64,000 nucleotides of DNA, taken from assembly GCA_051362555.1 (NCBI GenBank), contig CM120640.1:64830788-64894787 (forward strand), read 5' to 3'. This DNA comes from Lingula anatina (taxonomy: Eukaryota; Animalia; Brachiopoda). This document shows, piece after piece, positions 51,696-64,000 of this stretch. A program made the translations under genes and the position numbers. The notes under the pieces are model-generated. The model was not told where the DNA came from. It was given only the letters and a program-made list of their open reading frames with translations, and did no database searches. The stretch's first letter is position 1; each line of letters begins with the position of its first letter.

Positions 51696-53687
51696 AACTC
51701 AGATATAATGTTGCATTCAATTTTTTTTCTTTTTCTCCGCCTGGACCAACTGTAAGCTCCCCCTGATATCCTGTTTGTAAACTCGTCAATTCAATTGCCT
51801 TTAGTTTGTTACAGATTTTTTCAGTTCCATATGTGTGTACTCGCGCTCGTAACATTTATAAGCTTTTTATAAAGTAGCTCTTTAAAATAGAATTTAGTAA
51901 ATCTATATTTTTTTAAAACTTGAACTTACCAGCCTTTAGAAAATCAGATTTTGCAATGTAGTAACAAATGTTTTATGAAATGTTACCAGTCACATATCAA
52001 AAAGTAAACACAGACAAGAAACATAATGCACACAGACTACAAAGAAAAATTTTGGGCAAGACTTGTAATGTACATCAGTGCTTAAAAAATAATTCCATTG
52101 AATAAGCGATAAAAATCCCATAAAAAATTCATACTCTTTATTCAATTATTGTTTTACACTTCAGAGTCAACTTATTGTCATAAATACAAATTAATGAAAC
52201 TGATGAAATTCAGTGCTTCCTACTTCACAGATTTATAAAACTTATCACCTGAGGGTACACATGAAACCTGGACTAAGATGAGACCATCTGAAGAAACCGA
52301 TCTATCAAAAGTAGCACTGCATATTATTATTATTATTATCATTATAAAGAGATTGCCACTTGAGTATCAGAGACACCAAGTGTCACCATATTAACTATGT
52401 GCAGAATGACTTCACAAAGATAAGGTTTCTTGAGAGTTCACCTACATTTAACAGAATGACCTCATGAACAGTTTGTATAAATCAACCAAGTAGAAGACAT
52501 AAAAATATTTGGACTTGCTTTTATGAAATGCACAGGCTATGAATTTTCAGCAGAACCTTGCTGCACAATGTATGAGAATCAACAGAGAAACTCGCAAAGA
52601 TCCCGAGTATCTTATGTGGATAAATGTTACTTTTTTGATACCCATTTTAAAACAAATCTCTCCATGTGACTCCCTTGTTTAATGCTTTCAATTAGACCAT
52701 TTCCACAGCTGTGCACAAAATTAAAATTCTCAACATGGTGTGCCCATATGAGTGCACCAAGTTTAGATAATAAGCATTTTAAGAACCTTTACAGCACATT
52801 TACAGAAAGTTCCCTGGGTGATTAACACTGGTCTAGTTCTTGTCATAATTCTTTTAAGTATTAGAATGTGATAAATATTCCTCCAACACAAAGATGAAGT
52901 CTTGCCAGCACTAAAAACATTTGGTACTGGTTACTCAAAGGAGAGTATTGTACTGAGCAGACATCAACTTAACGTCTTAGCACAACCCCATTTCTCTTTA
53001 GCATTCATATTTGGTTTGTTATATTTATTTATATATATATATATACATAGGCAATGTGGTTTGGATTTGGCTACAAAGATGTGGAATATGCCAAGTATCT
53101 TTGAACAATCAATGGCAGATTCTGAATTGCAATAAAATCACTGGTCTGTTGCAAATGCCACAGAGCATTACTGAAATTTACATCACTAATGAAACATACC
53201 CACTATACTACACATACTTTGCAATGCTCGTGTCAATGGCAACAGATGAATAATAATCTAGCCGATCTTTTTGTATTGTCACTGCAACATTTGATGTTTC
53301 GATTGGCTTTGAGCCACCTCAGACTGGACTGTTTCCATGGAGGCAGGCTATTATTATGAACCACATCCTGTACCCCTTGTGACTAATTTTAGATGGACAG
53401 TTTGTATTTTTAATTTACATAGAATACAGTAATATGCTACTTTGTACAACAACATGTTTCTTGTGTTTTTTCTTTTTTTGTTAAGCCTTAAGTGTTTTAA
53501 TTGTTTAATATATCATCAAGTTTTTATATCTTCTTGTAATTGTGGCATGACGTCCTCTATAGCACAGGAGAAATAGACAACACTGTTCTCTTCGTCTGCT
53601 AATGACTGTGTTATGATGGATGAATTGGATAAATATATCTGTCTAGAAAATTGTCACTGCAACTGCAATCACTGCCAAAACAACCTA

Positions 53688-63521
<9,834 letters not shown>

Positions 63522-64000
63522 AACTTTGGATACGTTTGATGTTGTTCCTTATTTTCTTTACCGACTTTGGGCTGGTAAATCTTTGATGATGGCGGATAGA
63601 ATACACGAATAAAACCAACCCTTGTCAAAATGGCGGTCGTTACGAAGGCGGATGAATATACAGAAACTGCTAATGAAGAAATCACAACAAGACCAGCTTG
63701 CACCTTCGAACTAGTTTATTTGTATTTTTAAAATTTAGTTTGAAATTATAGGCTTCCAAATTATTAAAGTATTTAATAATTCGTAAATTATTACACCTTT
63801 CTCTTACTACGGGTGAAAAAACAGAAATAAAAAGATTTTAACGGTTGCTAACATTCCACCCTTTCAGTTTTCATTAGGGATGCTGGGATATGTGGCTAGA
63901 CATTCTAAGAGCAAGTGCTCTGGGGCTGGAGTTACGCTTTCAACTTCAAGCATATAGATACCCTCATTTGTGGGTTTCTTTGGCTTGACATGGAAGATTT

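Noticed and set aside
63630-63731. Short plus-strand ORF MAVVTKADEY... divergent from PP1
   Set aside because: About 33 codons with no donor site; the AAAATGGCG is better explained as a YY1-like motif in the PP1 promoter/5' UTR.

Overview
AT-rich, intron-containing animal genomic DNA, most likely from a marine invertebrate bilaterian; the species cannot be determined from sequence alone. I assembled eight multi-exon genes by hand with phase-consistent GT-AG junctions. (1) Minus strand 4096-15573: signal peptide, Ig domain, two LNRs, NOD and NODP (a Notch-type negative regulatory region), a TM helix and a 44-aa tail, with no EGF, RAM or ankyrin repeats. (2) A membrane-anchored, standalone bacterial-type amino-acid solute-binding protein (SBP family 3). 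(3-4) Two secreted Kazal protease-inhibitor genes with 5 and 2 domains. (5) GOSR1, whose last intron is U12-type. (6) A PIMREG/FAM64A-like gene head-to-head with GOSR1. (7) BCL7. (8) A PP1 catalytic subunit with a tandemly duplicated, probably mutually exclusive exon 2 and two alternative terminal exons. Introns carry MITEs, Helitron/Helentron-like non-autonomous elements and tandem arrays. The most striking candidates are the Ig-NRR receptor, the SBP gene and the PP1 exon duplications.
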